Shown: positions 23,323-36,486 of the stretch, piece after piece
Layout: every line of letters begins with the position of its first letter
Position numbering within the stretch: the stretch's first letter is position 1
Origin: Octopus bimaculoides
Taxonomy: Eukaryota
Reading direction: 5' to 3'
Length of the DNA: 50,311 bases
NCBI RefSeq assembly: GCF_001194135.2
Contig: NC_068982.1
Location: 11,797,930-11,848,240, forward strand
Translations under genes and position numbers: made by a program
The notes under the pieces: generated by a model
The model's input: the letters and a program-made list of their open reading frames with translations, nothing else
Told to the model about the DNA's origin: nothing
Database searches by the model: none

Positions 23323-23750
23323 TACAGGTGTGACTGTGTAGTAAGATGCTTGCTCTCCAACCACATGGTTCTGTGTTCAGTCCCACTGCATTGCATCTTG
23401 GAAGTCTTCTACTACAGCCTCAAACCAACTAAAGCCTTGTGAGTGGATTTGGCAGATGGAAACAGAGAGAAGCCTGTCATATCTATCTATCTATCTATAT
23501 ATATATATATGTGTATGTGTGTGGTGTGTATGTACACATGTCTTTGTGTCTATGTTTTCCCCCTTCACCACTACTTGACAACCGGTGGTGGTGTGTTTAC
23601 AACCCCATTTCATAGTGGTTTGGCAAAAAGAGACTGACAGAATAAGTAAGTACCAGACTTAAAAAAAAAATAACTGCTAGAGTTGATTTGCCTGACTGAA
23701 AACTCTTCATGGTGATGCTCCAGCATGGCTACAGTCTAATGATTGAAACA
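23323..23750 (+). mobile_element. SINE family A, full length, diverged
   Basis: Head caaccacatggttctgtgttcagtcccactgc, internal microsatellite, tail gctccagcatggctacagtctaatgattgaaac. Confidence 0.82.
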
Positions 23751-24712
23751 GCAGCTTTTGAGGCTTAAATTGACTTTAGTGAGTGAGGAAAACCTTTGCA
23801 GTACCATACCATGCTTTGTATACACCCTTGACTTTAATCTTATTTTTATATACACCCTTGAATTTAATCTTGATTTCAGTAATGAAAGGGCATTCTATGC
23901 ATAAAGGTTTATGATATTTTTCGCTGTTTAATTTTACTAATGTTGTTGTTGTTGTTTAACCCCAGGTCAGTCCTGGTTGAGCTGACTTCCATTAAGGTTT
24001 TCCTTTCTCTCATGGTTTATGTATCTAGGACTACGTGATTTAAGAGAGATTTTACTGCTATTTCTTGCATGTTGAATAGCCATGTCGAAGCTCCATCCTG
24101 TAATTTTGCAATTTATATGCAGAGGTATTAGAATTGTTCTCCTTTAATCTTTGTTCTTTTTTTTTGTTTTCATGTATGTGTTTCCAAAATGAAATACAGC
24201 CTAGTGAAAAAGATCTGCCAAACACAATACAGAACCTTGTCATTTATCACTTTAATTGAGTGGTAGCATTTTATTTCCTACCAGCATGCAAACGTGATCT
24301 CCAACAAGGAAACCTGAATGTTATTCTTGATTTCTTATTCAATTAATTGTCCACTATTTCTGTTTGTATCAGACTGCAATGTGTACTGTACATTGAATAC
24401 CTTTGCTTTATACACAGTTCATGGTAATACCAAAGTAATAATGGATCTAATATTTGGTATTAATATTTGGAATTAGTTTATAATATTCTTGAGAAAGAAA
24501 AAGAAAAAAAAAGTTTTAATATAGATATATCTATAACTTGTTGCTTTTCAATGACAGCAACCAGTTTATCCATAGCTGTTAGTAAACAAGAAAATTAGAT
24601 TGGAGATAGCTACAAACTTCCAACAAAGTAATTGCTTAGATGCTAAAAACACGTTTATGTAGAAAGACATTTTCAGTGCTATAATCAATTGTTGAATATA
24701 CATACATACATA

Positions 24713-24760
<48 letters not shown>

Positions 24761-25019
24761 NNNNNNNNNNNNNNNNNNNNNNNNNNNNNNNNNNNNNNNN
24801 NNNNNNNNNNNNNNNNNNNNNNNNNNNNNNNNNNNNNNNNNNNNNNNNNNNNNNNNNNNNNNNNNNNNNNNNNNNNNNNNNNNNNNNNNNNNNNNNNNNN
24901 NNNNNNNNNNNNNNNNNNNNNNNNNNNNNNNNNNNNNNNNNNNNNNNNNNNNNNNNNNNNNNNNNNNNNNNNNNNNNNNNNNNNNNNNNNNNNNNNNNNN
25001 NNNNNNNNNNNNNNNNNNN

Positions 25020-25074
<55 letters not shown>

Positions 25075-25146
25075 TACATATATAAATATACACACACACA
25101 TGTCAGAAAATGAGATGACAAATGAATAAACAATCATCTTATGAAC

Positions 25147-25239
25147 TTCATTGGCTTACAGCTGTTTCTGCTGTAAGATGCAATGGACTCATGGTTGTGT
25201 GCCTGAGTAACACTTTATAAGCTTCATCAGAGCCTTGAA
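25147..25239 (-). ncRNA. Hammerhead ribozyme motif, type I, palindromic stem III (Penelope-like type)
   Basis: Minus strand ttcaa-ggct-CTGATGA-[55-nt imperfect stem II]-GAAA-cagctg-TA-agcc-aatgaa. Both conserved core boxes and a GUA cleavage triplet are intact; stem I is ggct/agcc. Confidence 0.72.
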
Positions 25240-25849
25240 CATGAAGTGCAATTTATTTAGGAAAACATTTACATTTAATTTACATAAATTCTCTTCTGGT
25301 GGATTACATCCTGGAAAGACACAGCTAGAATTTAATTTCTTTTCACTGGTTATATTTGTTCTTCCTGTGTAAATGATATCCTTGCACTCCTATCAAGGAC
25401 ATTACCCCTTATAGATCTGATATCACTTTTAAGTCATTCCTCATGATACTTCCTTTCATTCAGGTGTAGCTTTTAAATTAACTGCTTTCGTCATTTCGTG
25501 CTTCAGCAACTCCTTCCATCACCAAGCACCAACACTATAGCTTTCACTAATTAACTGCCAGTATTTTAATATTCAACAATATCAGAATGTGAACATTTAT
25601 TTTCAAGCAGGGCCCTCTCTCAGTTGAGACATCCATGTCTTGCAAGCCGCTTAGCAAAAACTGTGGGCACTGGCACCATGTAAAAAATGCCTTTGCCAGC
25701 GTCACATAAGCAGCACCCATGCTGGTGCCACTTAAGAAGCACCCATGCCAGTGGTACATAAAAAACATCCATGCTGGCACCATATAAAGCTACTCAGTAC
25801 ACTCTGTAAGGTGGGTGGCATTAGGAAGGGCATCCAGCCATAGAAATTC

Positions 25850-26058
25850 TTTTCTACTCTAGGCACAAGGCCTGAAATTTTTGGGGAGGGATGGCCAGTT
25901 GATTAGATCAACCCCAGTATGCAACTGGTACTTAATTTATCAACCCCGAAAGGATGAAAGGCAAAGTTGACCTCGGCGGAATTTGAACTCAGAACATAAA
26001 GACAGACGAAATACTGCTAAGCATGTCGCCCGGTGTGCTAATGTTTCTGCCAGCTCAC
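25850..26058 (-). mobile_element. SINE family B, tail type 1
   Basis: ttcttttctactctaggcacaaggcctgaaatttt...gaactcagaacataaagacagacgaaatactgctaagc. Confidence 0.87.
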
Positions 26059-26546
26059 CTGAACCTGCAACAGATTTAGAACAAGGTAGAGAAGATTAAA
26101 ATAAAATGCATGAAGGCTGTCTCTCATCATCATCATCATCATTATCANNNNNNNNNNNNNNNNNNNNNNNNNNNNNNNNNNNNNNNNNNNNNNNNNNNNN
26201 NNNNNNNNNNNNNNNNNNNNNNNNNNNNNNNNNNNNNNNNNNNNNNNNNNNNNNNNNNNNNNNNNNNNNNNNNNNNNNNNNNNNNNNNNNNNNNNNNNNN
26301 NNNNNNNNNNNNNNNNNNNNNNNNNNNNNNNNNNNNNNNNNNNNNNNNNNNNNNNNNNNNNNNNNNNNNNNNNNNNNNNNNNNNNNNNNNNNNNNNNNNN
26401 NNNNNNNNNNNNNNNNNNNNNNNNNNNNNNNNNNNNNNNNNNNNNNNNNNNNNNNNNNNNNNNNNNNNNNNNNNNNNNNNNNNNNNNNNNNNNNNNNNNN
26501 NNNNNNNNNNNNNNNNNNNNNNNNNNNNNNNNNNNNNNNNNNNNNN

Positions 26547-26780
26547 TATATATATATATGTGTGTTTGTGTGTCTGTGTTTGTCCCCCCCAACATCGTTT
26601 GACAACCGATACTGGCGTGTTTACATCCCCATAACTTAGCAGTTTGGCAAAAAAGAACTGCTAGAATAAGTACTAGGCTTACAAAGAATAAGTCTTGGGG
26701 TCGATTTGCTCGACTAAAGGCGGTGCTCCAGCATGGCCACAGTCAAATGACTGAAACAACTAAAAGAGTAAAGAGAGTAT
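26547..26780 (+). mobile_element. SINE family A, 3' half (5' part lost in the gap)
   Basis: gtccccccaacatcgtttgacaaccg...gctccagcatggccacagtcaaatgactgaaacaactaaaagag. Confidence 0.88.
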
Positions 26781-28404
26781 TGCGAGTATTTCTAATAATT
26801 GTGTTAAAGTATCGAAAGGTTTTAGAAAGAAAGAAGAAAAGGTTAAACAAATACAGTGTGAAAATGGAAGCCATTTGCCAGGATGGAATCAAGTTTCCAT
26901 TGTACTGTAGACATGAATAGCAGTGGAAACTACAGAGCATGAAAATGGTTGCACATATAATGCTGAGAACTGAATCAGTAAGCTTCATTCACAAATCATC
27001 TTAAATGAACTGTTATCACAGAAAATTAGTTTAAATGTAGCTTAAATGTCCCTGCAACTGACCTTAATCAAGAAAATTCAAGTGTGAAAAATTCTGGAAG
27101 AAATAAAGGTTTGTCTATTCAATTCCATTTTGATGAAATGCACCAAAACATGGAAAATATATAATTTTAAATCATCATCATCATCTGCTTTCCATGCTAG
27201 CATGGGTTGGATTGTTTGACTGAAGCTGGCAAGCCAAAGGGCTACACCAGACCTCAGTCATCTGCTTTGGTATGGTTTCTACAGTTGGATGCCCTTCATA
27301 ATGCCAACTATTTTACAGGGTGTATTGGGTGCGTTTTATGTGGCACCAACACCAGTGCTTTTTGTGTGGTGTGAACACGGGAAGAAAAAAATGATTACAT
27401 AGGAAATCATATATACATCATTTTCTTCAGCCTTTCAGCTAACAGTCTCTTTGCTGTAGAATGAGACCAAAGTTTCAATAAATCTGTGAGGTCTTTACAT
27501 TTGGCAATTCTCAAAATAACCTTATAGATGGCATCTAGTCTAGCTTCATTTCGTTGGTAAACATATTCACTTTGATCAACTTGTACATATTTCTGATTAA
27601 ATGAATTCTGATCAAAATATAAGTTTTATTAGTCAACTCAATCACAGTTCATAAATGCTGTTTCAGAAAGCTTCGGTTCCATGAATAGTTATAATGGAAC
27701 TTTATGATGATACATAACGTGTTTGAGGGAAATATTTTCCTTTATTTTTCTCCACTTAGTGAAACAAGATTTGCTGAATGTATTTATATATATATATATA
27801 TATATATGAATGCATTTATATATATNNNNNNNNNNNNNNNNNNNNNNNNNNNNNNNNNNNNNNNNNNNNNNNNNNNNNNNNNNNNNNNNNNNNNNNNNNN
27901 NNNNNNNNNNNNNNNNNNNNNNNNNNNNNNNNNNNNNNNNNNNNNNNNNNNNNNNNNNNNNNNNNNNNNNNNNNNNNNNNNNNNNNNNNNNNNNNNNNNN
28001 NNNNNNNNNNNNNNNNNNNNNNNNNNNNNNNNNNNNNNNNNNNNNNNNNNNNNNNNNNNNNNNNNNNNNNNNNNNNNNNNNNNNNNNNNNNNNNNNNNNN
28101 NNNNNNNNNNNNNNNNNNNNNNNNNNNNNNNNNNNNNNNNNNNNNNNNNNNNNNNNNNNNNNNNNNNNNNNNNNNNNNNNNNNNNNNNNNNNNNNNNNNN
28201 NNNNNNNNNNNNNNNNNNNNNNNNNNNNNNNNNNNNNNNNNNNNNNNNNNNNNNNNNNNNNNNNNNNNNNNNNNNNNNNNNNNNNNNNNNNNNNNNNNNN
28301 NNNNNNNNNNNNNNNNNNNNNNNNNNNNNNNNNNNNNNNNNNNNNNNNNNNNNNNNNNNNNNNNNNNNNNNNNNNNNNNNNNNNNNNNTATATATGTATA
28401 TATA

Positions 28405-28680
28405 TAGCTCAGTGGTTAAGGTGTTGCACACACGATTTTGAGCTCGTTGGTTCAATTCCCAGACTAGGCGTTGTGTTCTTGAGCAAAGTACTTCATTTCA
28501 AGATGCTCTGCAATCATTTCGTCATCTGACATGTAGCACCTGTACAGGTAATGTCAATTTGATGGAGGGAGTGAGCTTATGTGTACACAAGCATTTGATC
28601 ACTATAAACAAATCATCTGTGTGATTGTTCAGTAAGAAATTGTCAAACCCTCATATGTCGTCTAACGACAGGAGAGTCCG
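28405..28680 (+). mobile_element. tRNA-derived SINE (family D-like head)
   Basis: agctcagtggttaaggtgttgcac...ggttcaattcccagactaggcgttgtgttcttgagcaaag. Confidence 0.7.
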
Positions 28681-28681
28681 T

Positions 28682-28975
28682 CATCATCATCGTCATCATC
28701 ATCATCATCGTTTAATGTCCACTTTCTATACTGGCATGAGTTAGATGGTTTGACTGAGAGTTGGCTGTCCAGGAGGCTGCACCAAGTTCCAATCTGATCT
28801 GGCAAGGTTTCTACAGCTGGACGCCCTTCCTAACCCCAACCACTCTGAGAGTGTAGTGGGCGCTTTTTATGTGCCACTGGCATTGGAGCCAGTCAGGCAA
28901 CACTGGCAATGACCACACTCGGATGGTGCTTTTTAGGTGCCACTGGCACAGGAACCAGTCAGGCCACAGGAGCCA
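28682..28975 (-). mobile_element. Retroposon family C
   Basis: (cat)n-cgtttaatgtccactttctatactggcatgag...cccttcctaaccccaaccactctgagagtgtagtggg. Confidence 0.85.
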
Positions 28976-29096
28976 ATATATATATATATACGAAAATAAT
29001 CAAATTGAATAAATGAACATTAAAAATAACAATAATAAACAGCAAGAGGACATGCACATGGAGTGCATTGGTTTTATGATTGGTAAAAAGAGAGAG

Positions 29097-29135
29097 TTTT
29101 TGACTTTTTGAGCATAGCTCTTCATCGGAAAGGAA
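29097..29135 (-). ncRNA. Hammerhead-ribozyme motif, decayed second copy of the 7460-7495 family
   Basis: Minus strand ttt-CCGATGA-a-gagc-tat-gctc-AAAA-a-GTC-aaaa; stem II is perfect, both core boxes carry one change. Confidence 0.55.
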
Positions 29136-29405
29136 AAAGAGAAAAGTCTAAAGAAGGAAAAAAATTCACCAACAGCACATGTGTAGTTACATTGCTGAAG
29201 TGACCGGAAGAGGAAAGATGTATATATGTGTATGTACACACACACACATGCATTATTAACCACATGTACTTAACATACATGCTTCGTGTATTTGCTGAAT
29301 GGCTGCTATTGGTGCATTGGAGTATATACTCTCTGAAAGAGCCAGGTATTAAAACACCTCAGAGTCATGGACAGGTGAGGTAATTCATCTTCAATCTCAT
29401 CTAGG

Positions 29406-29464
<59 letters not shown>

Positions 29465-32400
29465 AATGGACAAATGAAAGAAAGTGACACTCGACACATT
29501 TAGTTGGAGTTACACATTATTTAATAACAGTTTGATTCAGCTCCATGCAACATAAAGTTTCATAGGTTTGTCATATGAATTCATCTCATCAGGCTTGTAG
29601 AAACTGAATAAATAAATGTGTGTGTGTGTGTGTGGCCCAGGAGCAGGGGGTGCAAATTTACACCCCTACTTACTTTTCTCAGGTTTAGAAAACAGTAAAA
29701 AGTGATCTGTAAAAAATTGCTTGAATTAGGTTTCTTCTCAAAGAACATAAATAAATAATAAAAAAACACATGATCTTATTTGTAAAAGTTTTGGGGCCTG
29801 AGTTTGCACCTCTCACTAAGCAAATTTTGTTCCTGGACCAGTGTGTGTGTGTGTATGTTGTGAATTAGTAACCAGGATCTGTAAGAGGCTCAGAACTAAG
29901 GTAGAAAAGAGTAAGATTTTCAGATGTAGTTGTTTGAATGTGTAGCCAAGGTTAAGCTATTTATTTGAAGGCATCAAGCTCATCCATCTCATTAGGCATG
30001 TAAAATTAAATTAAATGAAATTACTGACAAATCACACTCGTTTGTTCCATGGTGTCCATAGATTTTAAAGTGTATTTTTCGTAAAGTGTATATCAGGCAT
30101 GTCAACACTGCTGGATTGAGTAAACCAAAATAAAATGCTTGACAAACCTTGTTTTAAAACAATCAGGGAAAATTAGCTGAATTATCAAAAAGTTTAATGA
30201 CCTTTTCCTTTTCTACTGCACAAATGATGAATGAATAACCATTCTATACTTAATGTTCAGAAAACATTGGAATGTCTGCAGGTTTTGTTCTGCTATATAT
30301 TTAAATTCTTGCTAATAATGCCTAAAGATCTTTTGTTATGACTAATTAAAATGGTTTAGTCATATATTCAGTCTCAGAGTGATGAGTTTATTTATGTGTA
30401 TCATTCCACATTGAGAAAAAAAAAAGGGGGTGGGTGGGTTGTCATTTGCATGAACTTAGAGAATACCGAGGAAGAATTTACCATTCCATAAATGGTCGTA
30501 CTTAAATAAAGCAGTCAATCATTGCAAGCATACATAAGCATGGAAATTGACGCAGTAAATATAAACCATAATTGTGACAAAATACTATGGAATATGAATA
30601 TTTCAAAAATGAATTTGAATTAATTTTAAAAACCAACTCTTTCTCTGAAATAAATAAATAAATAAATAAATAAATCTCATATAAATAGAATTTTTCAGCA
30701 AAATTCTTCATCATAGATGTTTTCTAAAATTCAAATTCTGTTAATGCCTTGAAGCTTCCATTGAAAAGAAATTGAATTTTGAATTCTAATTAAGCACAGA
30801 TAATATTTTTTTTGTTGTTCTAACAGCATATAATGCACAATATTTTTTAAAACTGAAATCTTAAACAGTTTACATTTTTTGTTTGTTTTTAATTTCACAA
30901 TTTTGCTATTATTTCTTTAATCATACTCCAAGTCATTTGCAAAAGGTAATTCAATGATGGACTCAGTTTCCCAATTATCATATTTTCTAACTTTATTTAT
31001 GCTTATACAAAAATTTTTAAATGGTTCTTTTAATGGTCATATTAAAGAGGTAATTCATACTAAAAATATTTTGATAATTTGATAATGAAAATAACTTTTT
31101 TTTCTAAAGTCAATTTCAATGATAATATTGCAGCATCATTAATTAAAGAAAAAAGGATTTCATGTGTCTTGTTAGGTCATTGGATTCATTGTGGGTTTGT
31201 CTTGGTTGGGTACAATGCTAGCTGTTAGCTCAAGCAAACCTATGACCAAAAGACAGTCAAGCCATAATCACTCCAACTATTCTTTTTTTACATGGAAGTT
31301 GCTATATTGTTGCTTGATCTGTTAGAAATAGCAACCAAATCTCTCACAAATCATACATTATCATCTTCAAAAGGACAAAAAAGGTGTAGGCACAGGTTTC
31401 TCAAGTTCACCTCCACTGTGTGACTTCTTGGGCAAGTGTCTTGGGCTGATCAAAACCTTGTGAGTTGATTTGGTACATGGAAACTGAAAGAAGCCTGTTG
31501 TGTGTGTGTGTGTTTGTGTCTGTGTTTGTCCCCCATCACTGCTTGACAACCAATGTTGGTGTGTTTATATCTCTGTAACTTAGCAGATAAACAAAAGAGA
31601 CTGATAGAATAAGTACCAAGCTTGAAAATAATAAGAATTGGGGTCGATTCATTTGACTAAAAATTCTTCAACGCCGTGCCCTAGCATGGCCGCAGTCTAA
31701 TGACGGAAACAAGTAAAAAATGAAAACCAATAAAAGATAAAGAACACATTCATTAGTGTAATCTTAGATAGAGTGTGAAACACTTTCGGTGTGGAAATTA
31801 GGGAATCCTTCATCGAATAACTGCTGCGTTTGTTGAGTATATAAACAGTTTGGCTGCTTGTTTCTCTAGTGACTGTCAGAATGATGTAGACACCTCTGAT
31901 AAGAACCCAATAAGGTTTGAAAACCGTTTAAGGTTGTTCATCATTTATACCATATGTTACATAGAATCAAAACTGTTTGTAAGGCAGAGGAGTAGTTGAT
32001 GAACTTGGTTTAAAACATTACCGATGCCTATTTCATCGATATTAACTAGATTTAACCTTTTAGCTATATCCAGCCCAAATATTCCACTGGTTTTATGTTC
32101 AAACTTGTCAGATCTGACCTCTCACACCTATGCTACAATGTCATATAAGCAATCACATCATCTAAATCTCAAAGCTACAAGACAATTCATGATTAATTCA
32201 AAACATTAATAAATAAATATTACAAATGACAGAGCAATCTCAATGCTGAAGGGTTCAATCTAAATAAAAGTGAGGTGAAAGATTACAGTTGTGTCTCACA
32301 TATGTAATACGGTGAGTTGGGAAACATTCACTGAGATTATCTGTGCAATTAGTATATAAAAACACCCAGGTGTGCATAAAAGTTTACAGTTCAGTAATTT

Positions 32401-32480
32401 GTTGTCAACACTACTTTCCCTGTAACCATCTATACACACCATCTGATGTATATTGAAAGCAAAAATCATAAATAAATATT

Positions 32481-32900
32481 CTTTTCTACTCTCGGTACAA
32501 AGCCCGAAATTTTGAGGAAGTGGGGGGGGAGTCGATTAGATCGACCCCAGGACGCAACTGGTACTTGATTTATCAACCCCGAAAGGATGAAAGGCAAAGT
32601 CGACCTTGGTGGAATTTGAACTCAGAACGTAAAGCCAGACGAAATACCATTAAACATTTCGCCCGGCATGCTAACGTTTCTTATTTCTTTACTGCCCACA
32701 AGGGGCTACACACAGTGGGGACAAACAAGGACAGACAAACAAATATCACCCCAGTGCATAACTGGTACTTATTTAATTGACCCCGAAAGGATGAAAGGCA
32801 AAGTCGACCTTGGTAGAATTTGAACTTAGAACGTAGCGGCAGACGAAATACCGCTAAGCATTTCGCCCGGCATGCTAACGTTTCTGCTCGCTCACCGCCT
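32481..32900 (-). mobile_element. Two adjacent SINE family B copies (tail type 1, then tail type 3)
   Basis: ggtacttgatttatcaaccccgaaaggatgaaaggcaaagtcgaccttggtggaatttgaac occurs twice; the tail-3 segment is at about 32680-32740. Confidence 0.88.
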
Positions 32901-34954
32901 TTATATATAAATATTGTTATATTTTGGAAGAGCCATATTAAAGTCCAAAGACACTTTCATTGATTGGGGTTCACTTCTTGCTTTTGGTTATATTCCAGGA
33001 AAGTTTTGTCACATTTTTTATATGATTTTCTTGTGAAGTTAAAAATAAAACCCAGTACTTATTTGGTTACGACAACAAGATTTCCAGCTGATCTGATCAA
33101 CAGAACAGACTGCTTTTGAAATTAATGTGCAAGTGGCTGACTTTATAGAGGCATGTACCCTTAACATAGTTCTCAAGGAAATTCAGTATGTTTTGCTCAA
33201 AGGGACAACATGCCACCAGTAATCAAATTCACGACCTCACAGTCATGAAGCAAATACCCTCACCTAATACCCTCATGTGCTTTTACTTTTCCTATGAAGT
33301 TAAACCCACCGAGAAGGTTGCAGGAAAAGTGTGATAATATTTTGGGAATCTAGACCAAAATTAAAAAATAAACCAGTCAGTGAGGTATATTTATAGATTT
33401 TAATAACATTTCTTCCAAAATATTACAGTTCCAGTTTCAACACATTGCTTCAGATCAAAATCCTTGCAAAATAAATTCAAAATTCATTTATATGAAAAGC
33501 TTTTGTTTTAAAGTTTGGAGATTGAGCAATTATACTTTTTTGTCTTGTTACTGATCATCTGCAAATATAAACTGTTACATGAAAACATTATGTAGGATAA
33601 TTTGTGTTTAAACAACTGAATCAGTGATACCTACTGGTGTTGAGCGTAAGTGCAGGAACGAAATGTACTTAAGGGCTGCAAATTCAGGTCTAAAATGTTT
33701 TACAAACGAGGTCAATTTTTCCAGTCTTGATATCTTAACAAACACAGGTATTATAATAATAATAATGATAATAATAATGATAATAATAATAATTATTACT
33801 ATAATTATTTTTGTACATCCATCAAATCTGATAATGGAAAAATGTTTCAAATCAGTCCAAAAATATTTCTAGGCTCATTCATTTTGGCAGTGAGATTTTT
33901 CAGGTAAATGTTCAAAGCGTCTTCATTGCCCCTCCCCCCGCTTCACACCAAAATTTTAGTGGGCGCACTTACACCCGCTCAAGTTTATCAAGCAGTGGTG
34001 GAGGTACAAACACAAAACACAGATGGTGTTGAAGATATGCTGTTGTGACTGGAGAAAGCAAAACTGATTGGCTTGTGTGACTTGAAAATTAACAGATAGA
34101 AACTGTAGACTAGAACTAACTACCAAGGACTATAGACTCTTTGATTTTCTAACCTATGATCTCTTTTTAGAGAAAATTTATTAAGTACTTTGTTTATATT
34201 ATAAAGTTATTTCTTATTTTGCTAGAATTTGGTGAGCTTAATAAAAATTTAATTGAAAATTACGTTAATGTTATAATTGAAAATAATTTTAATGTTATAA
34301 TTAATTAAATGTCTAAATGTCGAAGATGTGTTAGTGCCTGTAATATTATAATTTCTTTTTAGCCTATTAACTTCGTCATTAGAGATGAGAGTTGTTTTTT
34401 TAGTATTTACATTCACACTACTTTTCAATCAGTTTCATTTCTATTCATTATTACATGTCTTAGTCCAATGTTTATTACTCATCTTAGTTTAGAGACAAAG
34501 GTTCCAAGTTCAAATTCACTTCAGTGTTATGTACATATCAAAGAATAAATCACCTGGTGACAATCAGAAGTCAAACAGGCTGAAACCGTATAGATATAAA
34601 AAAAATAAGAAGTGCTTCATATCTAAAAATGAAGGTAGGAGTCTGTAAAACTACAATGCTTTTATGAGGAAGTGCTGAAAAGTTCCTGGCTTTAAGGGTA
34701 TTGTGAAAGGCCTGGTTGGAGGCTCAACCTTCCGAGTTCTTTTACAGGTCTTAGAAAAACCGAAGGACCACGGCAATAAGTTTGTGAATCTGAGAGCAGA
34801 GTATGTTGAATAAGATCATAAGTAACTGATCCTCCTGTATTTTCTTTTACCTAAAGCCAGGTACTTTGCAGCATTCCCTCATATAGTTGCTTAATTTATT
34901 ATGTCTATATTTAGTTAAGGTCATAGAGCAGTGGATTAGCTGAAACATTAGTGG

Positions 34955-35147
34955 CTTAGCAGTTTGAGTATTTGGCTCACAATCATAAAGTCATGAGTTC
35001 AATTCCTGGTGGTGTATTGTGTCTTTGAGCAAGACACTTTATTTCATGTTGCTTTAATCCACTCAGCTGGCATAAATGAGTTGTACCTGTAATTCAAAGC
35101 TTTGTCCCATTTTGTGTCACACAAAATCTCCCTGAGAACTACATTAA
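34955..35147 (+). mobile_element. SINE family D, interrupted at its internal TTAA
   Basis: gtggcttagcagtttgagtatttggctcacaatcataaagtcatgagttcaattcc...ccctgagaactacattaa. Confidence 0.8.
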
Positions 35148-35374
35148 CCTTTTCGATACCAAACCAGCTGAAACTGCCTCTGGCTCAGTAGTACAAATGT
35201 CTTGTTTTCCTAAGTTCTGAATTAAAATCTTCCACCAAACCTTAGTCACAATTTATGTTCCTAACACTAGCTTAATGATAGCTAAGCTATTTTACTAAGT
35301 TCTTTGTTATATCTAAAATTAATTGAAAGAAACACAGAGCATCTTAACAGAAATATGGTAAGGTAACAAAAGGG
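35148..35374 (+). mobile_element. piggyBac-type MITE, family 2
   Basis: TTAA at 35144-35147 and 35375-35378; ends ccttttcgatacc / ggtaacaaaaggg. Confidence 0.85.
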
Positions 35375-35394
35375 TTAACAAATGATTAATTTAA

Positions 35395-35562
35395 CCCTTT
35401 TGATACCAACCCAGCTGAAACCGGCTCTGGTTCTGTAGTAAAAATGTTTTATTTTCCTAAGTTTTGAATTAAAATCTTCCACCAAACCTTAGTCACAATT
35501 TATGTTCCTAACACTAGCTGAATGATAACTAAGTATTTTTTACTAAATTCTTTGTTATATTT
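35395..35562 (+). mobile_element. piggyBac-type MITE, family 2, second copy truncated by a SINE A tail
   Basis: TTAA-cccttttgatacc, highly similar to 35148 onward, then switches to gtgctccagcatggccacagtc at about 35563. Confidence 0.82.
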
Positions 35563-35973
35563 AGTGCTCCAGCATGGCCACAGTCAAATGACTGAAACAA
35601 ATAAAAGAATGTATGTATTTGTGTGTATTGTAAGAAACAGATGGGGTTTCTTTCTCTAATATTTTGAATAGTTCAACCTACACAAGTTAACGTGTGAAAA
35701 GCAAAATAGGAATTTTGTAAGAAGTTTCTATAAAACTAGTTTATAAATTATTGAATGGTTATGGGGGGGGGGGTCCACCAGAATAAAGTAGTAATCAAAG
35801 GGGTCCACAGATTAAAAAAATGGTTGAAAACCCCTGCGGTTTCAGATTCAGTTCCACTGAGCAACACTTTGGCCAAGTGTCCAGATTGACCAATGCCTTG
35901 CCAATGAATTTGGTTGATGGAAACTGTGTGAAAGCCTATTGTATGTGTGCACGTGCATGTGTGTGTTTGTGTG

Positions 35974-36008
<35 letters not shown>

Positions 36009-36486
36009 CCATAAGTGTGTGTATTTGTGTCTATGCTTGTTCCCTCCACTCCTTGAAATCTGGAGTTGGTTTGTTTACATCCAAGTAACTTAGCAGTTTA
36101 GCAAAAGAGACCGAGAATAAGTGCCAGACTTAAAAATGAATACTGTGACTGATTCGTTGAAGTAAAACTTTTCAAGGTGGTGCCCCAGCATGGCCACAGT
36201 CCAATGAGTAAAACAAGTAAAACATAAAATATATATATATGTGTGTGCTTATAAATTGTATATGTATATCTTTCAGCCATATACGCCATGTCCCTTTTTG
36301 CCCTGAATCTTAGGGTTCAACAAATAGGGAGAGTTATATAACAAGCACCAGAGTGAAATAAATTAATATAACCAAACCCCATAAAACAGTAAAAAAAAAA
36401 AAAATGTTTCTGGTACTTTGCCAGGCCAAATTTCACATTATATTTAGAATTTGAATTGTCTTATTTTTCTATAAATTATATTCAGA

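Noticed and set aside
29634-29840. DNA transposon with ggcccaggagca / tgttcctggacc ends
   Set aside because: Ends are only loosely inverted and no TSD was found.
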